Position numbers and translations under genes: made by a program
The notes under the pieces: generated by a model
What the model saw: only the letters and a program-made list of their open reading frames with translations
Databases searched by the model: none
What the model was told of the DNA's origin: nothing
Assembly (NCBI GenBank): GCA_965208675.1
Contig: OZ242351.1
Location: 3,656,387 to 3,720,386, forward strand
Reading direction: 5' to 3'
Length of the DNA stretch: 64,000 bases
Origin: Candidatus Poribacteria bacterium
GTDB lineage: Bacteria; Poribacteria; WGA-4E; PCPOR2b
In this document: positions 1 through 10,050 of the stretch, piece after piece
How the letters are laid out: every line of letters begins with the position of its first letter
Numbering within the stretch: the first letter of the stretch is position 1

Positions 1-1223
1 GTGCTAAATTTGTAACCGCGCTGATAATCGAATTTATCCACTGCTTTCATCAAGCCGATATTTCCTTCTTGGATGAGGTCCAAAAATGCCAATCCAGGCG
101 TACGATTCCTATATTTCTTTGCAATGCTCACAACCAGCCGCAAGTTTGATTCGACAATCATCATCTTTGCCTCTTGCGCGAGCATTTCGCCCTTATGAAT
201 CCGCTGAATCACTTCGTTCAATTGCGCACGTGGAAGGCCAATTTCGCGCTCCAATTCTCCAATCATGCGCTGTGCCCTAACAATTTCTCCACTATGATGT
301 TTTAGCGGCTCCGTCGCCGCCTCCGAATCGGGGCTTTCTATTTGGTCACGCGCGCCGTTTCCAGCTAGCTGGCAGAGTTGGTCCGCGGGCATCTGGTACG
401 TCCGCTCAATTCGCACAATCTCTTTTTCCAAATCAGTAATTGTATTGCCGGCTTCTTTAATCTTGCCTGAAATCTTGCTGATTTCCTCCTGATTAATCTT
501 CACCTGTTTTAAAGTGTGAATTAATTCTGCGAAATACGATTTAGGCATTTCGCGGACGGTTTCTTCCTCATCAGGCGGCAATGTTTGGTTTTGGAGCCCA
601 TGCGCTCCGTTAGACCTTTCCAATTCGACATCTTTTAAAGTGGTTAAAAGCTGCTTCGCCGTGTTGAGGTATTTCTCTTCTTTATCGCCAGCCGAAGTGC
701 TGGAAACCGGCAACTCTATCACCTCGGACGGTTTCTTGCCCCCTGCCAATATTTGGTTAAGAAGTTCCCCCATCCCTGCAATTGCCAATGGGGTTTCAAA
801 TATTGCTTCCTGGACGATTCTGTGCGCTTCCTCAATTCGTTTTGATAAAATGACTTCCTGCTGCTTAGATAGTAGAGGGATACGTCCCATTTCCCTGAGG
901 TAAACACGGACCGGGTCATCAACCTTGTCAAGTTTTTCCGCATTCAGATTGAGCAACAACGCATCGTCGTAGTTTTCGTCATCGACATTGTCCTCACTAT
1001 CAGAGTAAACATCACTGCAATCAATATCTCTTAAATCCATTGTCATTAAATCTCCCTCATCAAGAACGGCCGTGTCATTGGAAGGATTAAGTTCTTCCAC
1101 ATCCAAACATAACAAATCATCGAAATCCTCTGGTGAGGTATCCGGTTGCTCACTATATTCCAAATAAGCTTGATCTCTGTCTGGTTCGGCCACGCCGTTG
1201 TTCAATTTAGTCGTCGAAACCAT
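1..1223 (-). CDS. rpoD: RNA polymerase sigma-70 factor RpoD (partial, 3' end runs past window start)
   Basis: Minus-strand frame is open from ATG at 1223..1221 (AGGAG 12 nt upstream) down to position 1. Translation runs MVSTTKLNN...acidic spacer...[48 protein letters not shown]. This matches sigma-70 regions 1.2 and 2. It is absent from the ORF track because there is no stop inside the window. Confidence 0.88.
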   Translation of the reverse strand, partial: MVSTTKLNNGVAEPDRDQAYLEYSEQPDTSPEDFDDLLCLDVEELNPSNDTAVLDEGDLMTMDLRDIDCSDVYSDSEDNVDDENYDDALLLNLNAEKLDKVDDPVRVYLREMGRIPLLSKQQEVILSKRIEEAHRIVQEAIFETPLAIAGMGELLNQILAGGKKPSEVIELPVSSTSAGDKEEKYLNTAKQLLTTLKDVELERSNGAHGLQNQTLPPDEEETVREMPKSYFAELIHTLKQVKINQEEISKISGKIKEAGNTITDLEKEIVRIERTYQMPADQLCQLAGNGARDQIESPDSEAATEPLKHHSGEIVRAQRMIGELEREIGLPRAQLNEVIQRIHKGEMLAQEAKMMIVESNLRLVVSIAKKYRNRTPGLAFLDLIQEGNIGLMKAVDKFDYQRGYKFS

Positions 1224-1295
1224 TATTAATAATTTCTCCTTTAGGTCTAGAGAGTGCCAATCTTTGAGATTGTCACCATCTAACAAAAAGAGGGA

Positions 1296-3080
1296 TTAAT
1301 GGACGAAATGTCGTCTTCGGTTTGATAGTTCAACAAGTTCCTTAAGCGTCTCAATGTTATCATCACCCTTCGTCAGGGCGGTGGAACGTCTTTCACGCTC
1401 TATATCGCGCAATAGAAATTCACTGAGTTTTTTCAAACACCCTTCAACCCGCACTTTAAGATTTGGCGTAATCTTCCTTTGCAGGAGGGCATTCGAGATA
1501 GTGCCTTTAATTCTCTCATTCTCACAAGTGTCAATCAGGCCTTGCACGTCAAGTGGGTCGTCAGACTTGCACCCGTCCCATAGCATTTGCGCAATAATTG
1601 CAAAATCGGGGTGTGTAAAATCTTGATAGCGAAATTTCTCTTTTACACCTCGAATAAGATTCGGACTCTGAATTAGGGATTCAATCAACTGCCATTCGAT
1701 TGACTCGCGCGGCTTGAGGCTTGCCTTTCCGGCATATTGGGAGGGGGGACGCACCTGGGAAGAACGGTTTGCTTTCACACCGAGACGCTGCAATTCCTTC
1801 GATAGCACTTCACGTTCAATATTGAGTTCTTGCGCGGCATATGTAATATATTCATTTAGTTCAACATTGCTTGTAATATGAGACAAGGTTAATGCAATCT
1901 CTTTAACTGTATGAGTTTTCACATCAATTCGGCGGATTGCATCTTGTTGAGAAGCGCGTTGAATCTGAAATTCGATGAGATTCATCGCAGAGTTGCAGAG
2001 TTGATTAAACGCGTCCAAACCTTGTGATTGAATAAATTGATCTGGATCTTCACCAGTCGGCAGAAGCGCAATGCGAACACGCAGCCCTTTCTTCAGAAGA
2101 ATGTGCAACCCTCGAAGCGTCGCTTGGAAACCCGCGGCATCGCCATCATAAACGATAACCGTCTCTTCAGCAAATCGATTCAATAAACTGGCGTGTGATT
2201 CGCTAAATGCCGTTCCTAATGAGGCAACAACATGTTTCACACCTACCTGATAGGGCATGATCGCATCAAAATAGCCCTCGACCAGAATGGCTTTCCCTGC
2301 CTTCTGAATTGCTTGCCGTGCATGGTATAGATTATAGAGCGTTTTGCTTTTATCATAAAGACCTGTTGTAGGCGAATTCAGATACTTGGGAAGCGTTTCT
2401 TCAGATAACGCGCGCCCGCCGAATCCAACAGGTATCCCGCGTTCATCAAGAATTGGAAATATGATTCGACCTCGAAAGCGGTCTATGGACCCGTGTTCAT
2501 CCTTCTTGATGAGCCCGGCATCAATTAACTGTTGCACCGAAAAATCGGCTTTTGCCGCAGTTTTGAAAAGATCTTGGCGTCCACGGGTGGCATACCCGAG
2601 TTGGAAATGGCGGATGGTTTCATCTTTTACACCGCGCTTTTTGAGATATGCCAACGCGTGGCCGCCGATTTGAGGCGTCAAGAGTTGTCGATGAAAATGC
2701 GCCATGGCAAAACGGTTGACATCCTGAAGTTCAAGACGTTTACGACTTTTCTCACGCGATTTCCCGTCCTGACTCGGCAATGAAATTCCAACACGTTGCG
2801 CTAACCACGCTACGGCTTCTATGAAAGGCATACCTTCATGTTTCTGAAGGAAGCTAATCACATTGCCGCCGCTATTGCAACCGAAACAGTAGAAGATTTG
2901 CTTCTCGGGAGATACGCTGAAGGAGGGCTTTTGCTCTTCGTGGAAGGGACAGAGCGCACTGAATTCCTTACCGGCGGCACGCAACGGAATTCCACACTCA
3001 GATATCACCTCCGCAATATCGTTTTGTGCTCGAATTTCGTTCAGTAGTTCCGGTGGAATGTAATTCGACGATTGATTCAT
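1296..3080 (-). CDS. dnaG: DNA primase DnaG
   Basis: 594 aa. N-terminal zinc ribbon CPFHEEQKPSFSVSPEKQIFYCFGCNSGGNVISF. TOPRIM region IVYDGDAAG and EGYFD. Sits directly upstream of rpoD on the same strand, the classical dnaG-rpoD arrangement. Confidence 0.9.
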   Translation of the reverse strand: MNQSSNYIPPELLNEIRAQNDIAEVISECGIPLRAAGKEFSALCPFHEEQKPSFSVSPEKQIFYCFGCNSGGNVISFLQKHEGMPFIEAVAWLAQRVGISLPSQDGKSREKSRKRLELQDVNRFAMAHFHRQLLTPQIGGHALAYLKKRGVKDETIRHFQLGYATRGRQDLFKTAAKADFSVQQLIDAGLIKKDEHGSIDRFRGRIIFPILDERGIPVGFGGRALSEETLPKYLNSPTTGLYDKSKTLYNLYHARQAIQKAGKAILVEGYFDAIMPYQVGVKHVVASLGTAFSESHASLLNRFAEETVIVYDGDAAGFQATLRGLHILLKKGLRVRIALLPTGEDPDQFIQSQGLDAFNQLCNSAMNLIEFQIQRASQQDAIRRIDVKTHTVKEIALTLSHITSNVELNEYITYAAQELNIEREVLSKELQRLGVKANRSSQVRPPSQYAGKASLKPRESIEWQLIESLIQSPNLIRGVKEKFRYQDFTHPDFAIIAQMLWDGCKSDDPLDVQGLIDTCENERIKGTISNALLQRKITPNLKVRVEGCLKKLSEFLLRDIERERRSTALTKGDDNIETLKELVELSNRRRHFVH

Positions 3081-3110
3081 CTCAACCCACCAATTTTCTT
3101 AGCCCTTAGT

Positions 3111-5558
3111 TTAATCCTGTAGGCTAATGGTTGTCACGCCCGCGCCGCCTTGGTTAAGTGGTGCTTCCCGAAAATCTACAACTAAAGGATGCTCACATAA
3201 AAATTTCTGTATTGCACCGCGTAGCGCACCGGTGCCTTTGCCGTGGATAATTCGAACAGTTGATAAACCGGCGAGAAAAGCGTCGTCCAAGTATTTATCG
3301 GTTTCATCTAACGCATCGTTGACTGTTTTCCCTCGCAGATTTAGTTCGGTTTCGACAACGCCCGCCTTTTGGTCTTGTACATCCAACACGGAAGCAGACA
3401 GATTCGGTGTGTCGCCCCCAACCGACGGACATAATTCAACTTCATCATATGAAACCTGCATCGCCATATTCCGAACCCAGATTTTTAACGGCGCCTTGCT
3501 GCTTTTTTTGATTGATAGGACTTCCCCAAACTGATTTAGTTCTTTGAGCCGAACCTTATCTCCCACCTGTATCGTTGGAAGTGATAGGAGGTCTGTCTGC
3601 GCTTCTCCCTTTGGTAGATGGCGCTCCTCGAGTTCATTTTCAGCATTCTCAATGTGTGTGAAAGCCGAACGTACACTTCTTTTTGATGCACCATCGTTTC
3701 GCACGTCCGCGATTGTTTGTTCAATTAGTTTACGCGCATTCTTGAGAATCTCGGCGGCCTCTTTTTCTGCCGCTCGCTTAAGTTCATCGCGCTCAACTTC
3801 AAATTGGCTAATTAGCGCTTCATGTTTTTTATATTTGGTTTCAGCCGCTCGGACTCTCCCCTGCACAATTTCACGCTCAGCTTCAAGTTCACGTTGTGAT
3901 TCTTGCATGCTAACGATGAAGTCTTCAACGGCGACTAGCCGACCGCCCATGTGCGCTTTTGCCTCGTCAGTTATCGAGTCGGCCATTCCCAACCGCTGCG
4001 CGATTTTTATCGCATTACTACTTCCCGGCACGCCAATTAGAAGCCGATAGGTAGGGCTTAAAGATAGCCAATCAAACTCCATAGAGGCGTTCTCCATCCC
4101 CTCCTGAGTATGGGCAAACGATTTCAAGATGCCGTAATGGGTTGTTACCATAGTACGAGCGCCATTTTTGCCAAGCCGGTCAAGAATCGCCATACCCAAT
4201 GCTGCTCCCTCAGTAGGGTCTGTGCCTGCACCAAGTTCGTCCAGCAGCACCAACGACTTCCCATCATGCCGTGCATTGCCATTGTGGATGTTGCCTCGTT
4301 CAATATGCTTCAAAATCTCAATAATCTTGGTGATGTGCGATGAAAACGTGCTCAAATTCTGTTCGATACTCTGTTCGTCGCCAATATCGGCGAATATATC
4401 ATCAAATACCGCAATTTCACTACCGCTTCGTGCTGGAATGTGCAATCCCGATTGAGCCATGAGCGTCAGCAGACCGATTGTTTTGAGAACGACAGTTTTT
4501 CCGCCTGTGTTGGGCCCTGTAATGACGACCGTGTGAAATGAGTCGCCGATGTGTAAATCAGTCGGAACTATGTGCTCCGGTTTACCCGATTTCCCTTTCC
4601 CCCCATGTGCTCTTAAACTCGCTTCTAGTAAGGGATGCCTCGCTGATTTCAATTTCACAAAACCGCGTGTGTTGAGGCGGGGTTCAACCGCGTTCAGCTT
4701 AAGACTTAATTCTGTCTTTGCACCCAAGAAATCCAGTTCGCCCAGTGTGTCCATTGCGGCTTCCAGATTGGTTGAACACTCGCGAACTTGTTCACTCAAT
4801 GCAAACAACACCCTGCAAACCTCTTCACGTTCTTCATCTGCTAGTATATGCAAGGTGTTATTGAGTTCAACAATACTGAAAGGTTCTATGAATACGGTTG
4901 CCCCACTTGTGGATTGCCCTTGGACAATTCCAGGGAAATGGCTTCTAGCGTCTTGTTTAATTGGAATGACGTAGCGATCGTTTCGGAGGGTGATGATGTT
5001 TTCTTGGAGCGATTTCTGATGGTGGGAAGAACGTAGGATTGTTTCTAATTTCGATTGAATCTTTTCCCGGGTGTTCACCAACTGCAGTCGGATATGCCTA
5101 AAGGTCCGACTCGCTTGATCTAGAATTTCACCTTCCGAACCGATACAGCCGGCAATTGATTTGGATAACTCGATAAATTGCGGAAGATTATTGACGAGTG
5201 AGCAAAGGTTTGGAAAGTCGTCCGCGTCTATTTTCGCTAACCATCGTCTGACGTTCTGAGCAACGTTCGCAAAACGACTGACATCAAGGAGTTCATCGGC
5301 TTCTAGTATTGCGCCCGGCTTCACTGCCTTTCGAAGAACCGGAGAAATATCCGTTAAACCCCTTAGTGGAAAACCGGTCGATGATTCATAAAAAGCCTTC
5401 GCCTCACTACCAAGTTTTTGTTGTTCTCGAATCTCATCTATCTTCCGGCTCGGCCTTAGCTTCTCTACTCTTGATACGCCCAACTGAGAAAGAGCATATT
5501 TCTTGAGCAGTGATTTCAACTTATCATATTCAAGAACTTTTTCTGTATGGGCGACCAT
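3111..5558 (-). CDS. mutS2: Endonuclease MutS2 (MutS domain plus C-terminal Smr)
   Basis: 815 aa. Walker A GPNTGGKTV. MutS ATPase block LVLLDELGAGTDPTEGAAL. C-terminal Smr domain LNLRGKTVNDALDETDKYLDDAFLAGLSTVRIIHGKGTGALR. Confidence 0.85.
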   Translation of the reverse strand: MVAHTEKVLEYDKLKSLLKKYALSQLGVSRVEKLRPSRKIDEIREQQKLGSEAKAFYESSTGFPLRGLTDISPVLRKAVKPGAILEADELLDVSRFANVAQNVRRWLAKIDADDFPNLCSLVNNLPQFIELSKSIAGCIGSEGEILDQASRTFRHIRLQLVNTREKIQSKLETILRSSHHQKSLQENIITLRNDRYVIPIKQDARSHFPGIVQGQSTSGATVFIEPFSIVELNNTLHILADEEREEVCRVLFALSEQVRECSTNLEAAMDTLGELDFLGAKTELSLKLNAVEPRLNTRGFVKLKSARHPLLEASLRAHGGKGKSGKPEHIVPTDLHIGDSFHTVVITGPNTGGKTVVLKTIGLLTLMAQSGLHIPARSGSEIAVFDDIFADIGDEQSIEQNLSTFSSHITKIIEILKHIERGNIHNGNARHDGKSLVLLDELGAGTDPTEGAALGMAILDRLGKNGARTMVTTHYGILKSFAHTQEGMENASMEFDWLSLSPTYRLLIGVPGSSNAIKIAQRLGMADSITDEAKAHMGGRLVAVEDFIVSMQESQRELEAEREIVQGRVRAAETKYKKHEALISQFEVERDELKRAAEKEAAEILKNARKLIEQTIADVRNDGASKRSVRSAFTHIENAENELEERHLPKGEAQTDLLSLPTIQVGDKVRLKELNQFGEVLSIKKSSKAPLKIWVRNMAMQVSYDEVELCPSVGGDTPNLSASVLDVQDQKAGVVETELNLRGKTVNDALDETDKYLDDAFLAGLSTVRIIHGKGTGALRGAIQKFLCEHPLVVDFREAPLNQGGAGVTTISLQD

Positions 5559-5584
5559 AGCTTTTCCAACATTACTCGGAGTTA

Positions 5585-6718
5585 CTAGTCCGAGTCAGCA
5601 AATTTTACAGTGTGTTGGAGTCTATCGTGATGGAAGCGAGCAGTTTCATAGAGGTTGCGGCTCGGCGCAAAGTCGAGATTTACTGCTTGATCGTAATAGT
5701 ACAAAGCCGTGCTCTGTTGACCCTCCGACTCATAACGGCGCGCATCTCGAAAGTTTTTTAGAAAATCATCTGCTTTCTTTTCAAAGTTATAAATTCCTGA
5801 ACGTAACGCCTTAGTTAATCCGCGGTCAATTTCTCTATTGACTTTGTAGAGATGTACCGCGTCAACGTATGCAATGAAGGCTTTATAATAAGCTCCTTCA
5901 CTTTCTAGCTTTTCGGCCTCCGACACATTGGGGGCGTCTGGAAGCGAAGCGAGCAACGATTTAACGCTCGGAGTTAGGTTGCGTCCGAAAATGAAATCGC
6001 GGCTTTTCTCTTGGATGGCTTTGTCTAGGTTTTCAGCAAATAGATCTATAATATTTTTATAAATTGCTACTGCGTCGTCAAGGCGGTCGAGTTTCTCATA
6101 GCATCGTGCTTGGCTCAACTGGGCATCTACAAGTGCATGCTCGCGAACTGGTACCGGGAGGTCTGGCAGATTTTCATAGGCTTCAATTGCTTTTTCATAT
6201 TGGCCTTGCTGCTCATAACAGTTTCCTATTGCCTTTTGAGCATACAAAGAAAAAATCTGATTATCCGATTCACGGCTTTCCTTGACGGATTCAAATTGTT
6301 CTATTGCCGCCGCATAATCACCCTGGTAATAGAGGGTCCTCGCATAGTTGTATCGCGCTCTATCAGCAAACGGGGTGCCAGAAAAATTCTGGAAAATCGT
6401 TTGAAACGCCTCGCCCCCTGTCTGGAATTGCTCACCGCTAGTTTCGAACTTCTCGTGATCCAACCAACCGTCTTCCGCTTCTAAATATTTTTCAATGGCT
6501 TCCGCAAAAGCTAGAGATGCTTCCGCACGCGTCTCTTGTTGTTCTTGTGAATAGAAGGAAATTCCTGCTACAAGAACAAGCACAACCGCTGCTGTAATGA
6601 TTATCAATCTTAAGTGCTTCTTGAGAAAATCGTAAAATTTGAGGACAGACTCGACAAATTGATCTCGTTTTATCTCTTCCTTTGTCAGACGGTTACCTTG
6701 AGCCATTAGCTTCCTCAA
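5585..6718 (-). CDS. TPR-repeat protein with N-terminal transmembrane anchor
   Basis: 377 aa. Hydrophobic segment LRLIIITAAVVLVLVAGISFY is followed by several 34-aa TPR-like units (AxxxY...G.Y..A patterns). Stop codon TAG followed by TAA. Confidence 0.6.
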   Translation of the reverse strand: MRKLMAQGNRLTKEEIKRDQFVESVLKFYDFLKKHLRLIIITAAVVLVLVAGISFYSQEQQETRAEASLAFAEAIEKYLEAEDGWLDHEKFETSGEQFQTGGEAFQTIFQNFSGTPFADRARYNYARTLYYQGDYAAAIEQFESVKESRESDNQIFSLYAQKAIGNCYEQQGQYEKAIEAYENLPDLPVPVREHALVDAQLSQARCYEKLDRLDDAVAIYKNIIDLFAENLDKAIQEKSRDFIFGRNLTPSVKSLLASLPDAPNVSEAEKLESEGAYYKAFIAYVDAVHLYKVNREIDRGLTKALRSGIYNFEKKADDFLKNFRDARRYESEGQQSTALYYYDQAVNLDFAPSRNLYETARFHHDRLQHTVKFADSD

Positions 6719-6779
6719 TTAATCTTCTGCGGCGATTTTAGAAACTTAAAATTCTTTCGCTAGAATACACGGTTGTTGA

Positions 6780-6851
6780 AGCGGGTGACGGGAATTGAAC
6801 CCGCGGCCCTCAGCTTGGGAAGCTGACGCTCTACCGCTGAGCTACACCCGC
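6780..6851 (-). tRNA. tRNA-Gly (anticodon CCC)
   Basis: Reverse complement is GCGGGTG-TA-GCTC-AGCGGTA-GAGC-G-TCAGC-TTCCCAA-GCTGA-GGGCC-GCGGG-TTCAATT-CCCGT-CACCCGC-T. Acceptor stem is a perfect 7 bp, D stem 4 bp, anticodon stem 5 bp, and the T stem has one G-U pair. Anticodon loop TT-CCC-AA. No encoded CCA. Confidence 0.85.
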
Positions 6852-6866
6852 ACGGAAATTGATAAA

Positions 6867-6895
6867 TTATACTGATTGACATACGCCATTGTCAA
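6867..6895 (-). promoter_or_regulatory. Consensus sigma-70 promoter upstream of tRNA-Gly (TTGACA-N17-TATAAT)
   Basis: On the minus strand, TTGACA lies at 6895..6890, then a 17-nt spacer, then TATAAT at 6872..6867. The predicted start is about 8 nt before the mature tRNA 5' end at 6851. Confidence 0.6.
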
Positions 6896-7214
6896 GAGGA
6901 TTTTCTTGAACATTTGGGTTAGTTAAAGGCGAAAATTCCAGCACGTTTAATGTGAAGTATCCACAAAATTGAAGGAGCGATCTCCGAAACGCGACTACAA
7001 TCTTGCCGCGATGCGCGCCAGTTTTCGCCTAGAGTTTACAAAAACTATGTTATACTTTAAGGGGATTTACCATAAGGAAGGAATGTTTGGCCGCACTCCC
7101 GAATTTTCCACCGTCTGGCATATTTGGGCGGCGGCTGAAAAACTCGGATAAGGAACAACACGCGCAGTATTTAAGTCTTGCCGCGAGTAGACAACTGCAG
7201 CAGGAAGATTTCAA

Positions 7215-8639
7215 ATGAGCATACGGTCACGGGGCGCAGTTTTGCTAATCTCCTGTTACGAACTTGGACACGAACCTCACGGTATCAGTCTGCCGCTTGG
7301 ATTTTTGGAAAATGCCGGATTTGCACCCGATTCAATGGACATAGCGGTCGAGGCGTTCGACACAGAAAAAATTGAACGGGCTAGATTCATAGGAATCTCG
7401 GTACCGATGCACACCGCTTTGCGGCTGGGTGTCCATGTCGTGCGGCGCATTCGCGAAATCAATCCGCAAGCAATTATCTGCCTCTACGGCTTGTACGCTG
7501 TGCTAAACGCAGAGTACCTCCTAGAACACGGCGTGGACTTCTGTATAGGGGGCGAGTTTGAAGCACCTCTCACGGAGCTCGTCGAAGCATTCGATTCGCA
7601 GCCACAAGACTCCCCACGCCGCCCAACGCGCAACGTTCCGATAGAGGGTGTTATTCAGCGCGGCGCGAAACCGCGGCCTTTCCTTCGACGGTTGCCTTTC
7701 GCTGTCCCAAGCAGGAACACACTGCCGCCTCTTGAAAAGTACGCCCACTTGGAGCACAACGGCGAGCACCGCGTAACCGGTTACGTCGAGGCAAGCCGGG
7801 GGTGCGTACATCTCTGCACGCATTGTCCGATTCCGCCGGTGTACGGTGGACGGTTTTTTGTAATTCCGCGGGAAATTTTACTTGAAGACATACGAAGACA
7901 GGTGAACGCCGGTGCAACGCATATCACGTTTGGGGATCCCGACTTCCTAAACGGACCAACGCACTCGTTGCGTATCATCCGTGCGATGCATGAGGAATTC
8001 CCACACCTCACTTTCGACTTCACTGCTAAAATCGAGCATATCCTAGAACACCGAAAGGTTTTCCCCGAACTCGCAGCGTCAGGCTGCTTGTTTATGATTT
8101 CCGCGGTTGAGTCGCTAAGTGATACTGTCCTAGAGGTATTGAGTAAGGGCCACAAGCACGAGGACATCGTTGAGGCGTTAAAGATTGTACAAAACGCTGG
8201 CATCGCACTTCGTCCTACCTGGGTCATGTTCACACCGTGGACTACCATAGACGATTACACCAACGTGTTGGAATTTCTCGATACACACAACCTTATTGAC
8301 CACGTAGACCCGGTACAATACGCGATTCGACTGCTGATTCCGCCCGGATCCATTCTGCTTGAGTGCCCTGCCGTGAAGCCTTATCTTGGATCGCTAAACC
8401 AAGCATCTTTTAGCTATGAATGGCGTCACCCCGATCCCCGTATGGATGAACTCCATAAAACCGTCAGTACGTTGGTAGAACGGGATTCCCAAGCAGGCGA
8501 GGACGAAATGAGTATTTTTTACAGGGTGTGGGCGCTTGCGGCAAAAATGCGGGGTGAGTCACTTCCCGAGTCTGTACACCGTAGTCGCCGCGCTAATCGA
8601 ATCCAAGTGCCGCGAATAACCGAGCCATGGTTCTGCTGA
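7215..8639 (+). CDS. B12-binding-domain radical SAM protein (class B rSAM)
   Basis: 474 aa. N-terminal Rossmann-like B12-binding-type region (AVLLISCYELGHE...). CxxxCxxC cluster in GYVEASRGCVHLCTHCPIPPVYG. No C-terminal Cys-rich SPASM domain. AGGAAG RBS sits before the ATG. Confidence 0.72.
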   Translation: MSIRSRGAVLLISCYELGHEPHGISLPLGFLENAGFAPDSMDIAVEAFDTEKIERARFIGISVPMHTALRLGVHVVRRIREINPQAIICLYGLYAVLNAEYLLEHGVDFCIGGEFEAPLTELVEAFDSQPQDSPRRPTRNVPIEGVIQRGAKPRPFLRRLPFAVPSRNTLPPLEKYAHLEHNGEHRVTGYVEASRGCVHLCTHCPIPPVYGGRFFVIPREILLEDIRRQVNAGATHITFGDPDFLNGPTHSLRIIRAMHEEFPHLTFDFTAKIEHILEHRKVFPELAASGCLFMISAVESLSDTVLEVLSKGHKHEDIVEALKIVQNAGIALRPTWVMFTPWTTIDDYTNVLEFLDTHNLIDHVDPVQYAIRLLIPPGSILLECPAVKPYLGSLNQASFSYEWRHPDPRMDELHKTVSTLVERDSQAGEDEMSIFYRVWALAAKMRGESLPESVHRSRRANRIQVPRITEPWFC

Positions 8640-9162
8640 GCAGAGCCGACCGAGGGTCAGTTGGACCCGCTTCAAGCACAAATGGCCGGTGTGTAAATCG
8701 GCGGGAGGGATGTTATAGACCCATGCGAATTTTCAACTCGCTGTGGTTGGAGGAAATGTACTTGGAAGGACTTGCGCCGTGAAGCATCAAAAAAATTGTA
8801 GGAAAGATCTCCGAGTCGCGACATTTTTGCTCAAGTAAAACCCGGTCCTACACGAGACCTCAAATTAAAAGCGCTGCTACCAATTGTGTTTGTTCTATAT
8901 TTACAATTCTTGGTTGAATTAACTATACCAAATTAATTCTCGGGGGCACCACGCCGTAGTTGGAAATGTCCAGCAGTAACATCAAGGGCCTATACGTCGA
9001 CGTATTCAGAACCATATCAGGTATCGTCACAATCAGCTTAATCGCATAGGGGAAACGCCTATTTCCGTAGCAAGTGCCATCCCGCACTTAACCCTGAAGA
9101 CCGGATTTAGCTAAGGGTATTTCACACGGTTTTAGGAAAGTGCAGATGTGCTATTCCCCTTA

Positions 9163-9963
9163 TTATCGGCTTTTAACCTTGACTTGAGAGGCGTGAGTTG
9201 CGGTGAGATATTTCGCCAAGACAGAACGTACCTTTGCCTCCGTGAATGCCAAGCCTGGCGCAACAAGCATACATCGTCTAGCAGACCACCGAGAAGACCA
9301 CATCCTAACAAAATCCGAATAGGGCAAATGCCTTATCCTCTGACGTTTTAGATCGTTCGTGCCTGAATGGGCTCTCGAAATATTCGTCAGTTGGATTTGC
9401 TCATCGCCGTCGTTGTAGCCAAGCAATGCCCAGAATTCCACTGGACCGTCATACCGTAACAATACCACAGGCGCCCAGCCTGCTGCAATAAACGCCTTCA
9501 ATACATCAAGATTGCAATTCGACACTAGGCTAATATGGTCGTCCTGTCTCTTTATTCTTGCGTAGAAATCTTCAATGCCGTGATTGAGAGGTTGGTTTTT
9601 GAAAATAGTTTTCGGCAACGGCAGCCGTGCTGACTCTACCTCTGCTACCCACGGTAATGACGGGCTTGACGATGCCGGTACATTTCTCGGTGCGAAACTG
9701 CCATCTATGGAAGTTGATGCGCTCGGGATATATCTTTTCCCGGGCGCGGGACCGCAACCATTTAGTAAGATACACAACACTAGAAACATTGCAAGATTAG
9801 AAGTTGCAGTTCTCATAATTCTCTCTACCTTATTTTGCACTGCAATTATATCCCCAAGCGGGTAAACAACGCAGCAGCCAATAAGTAAACCTCCCATTTG
9901 AACGATGCATTGACCGTTTGCATGCCGACACGGCCAAAACATACGATTTGTTACTAATAGCAA
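9163..9963 (-). CDS. Putative secreted protein or lipoprotein with papain-like (C39-like/BtrH-like) cysteine peptidase domain
   Basis: 266-aa ORF. An internal Met gives a signal-like MRTATSNLAMFLVLCILLNGCGPAPG segment (possible lipobox), which suggests the true start is downstream of the ORF-track start. C-terminal half (CNLDVLKAFIAAGWAPVVLLRYDGPVEFWALLGYNDGD) resembles C39_2-type peptidase cores. The assignment is tentative. Confidence 0.35.
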   Translation of the reverse strand: MLLVTNRMFWPCRHANGQCIVQMGGLLIGCCVVYPLGDIIAVQNKVERIMRTATSNLAMFLVLCILLNGCGPAPGKRYIPSASTSIDGSFAPRNVPASSSPSLPWVAEVESARLPLPKTIFKNQPLNHGIEDFYARIKRQDDHISLVSNCNLDVLKAFIAAGWAPVVLLRYDGPVEFWALLGYNDGDEQIQLTNISRAHSGTNDLKRQRIRHLPYSDFVRMWSSRWSARRCMLVAPGLAFTEAKVRSVLAKYLTATHASQVKVKSR

Positions 9964-10050
9964 ATTCCTTAAACGGCCCCTGAGTAAAATAAGATGAACT
10001 GATAGTTGATTGAGTGGATTAAAACGCGACGGTTAAAATACAAAACCGTC

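Noticed and set aside
3127-5036. Many 60-170 aa ORFs on the plus strand inside mutS2 (3127-3534, 3544-4050, 4549-4974 and others)
   Set aside because: They lie antisense to a well-supported long gene and are Ser/Arg/Cys-rich with low complexity, as expected for GC-biased antisense frames. They are spurious.
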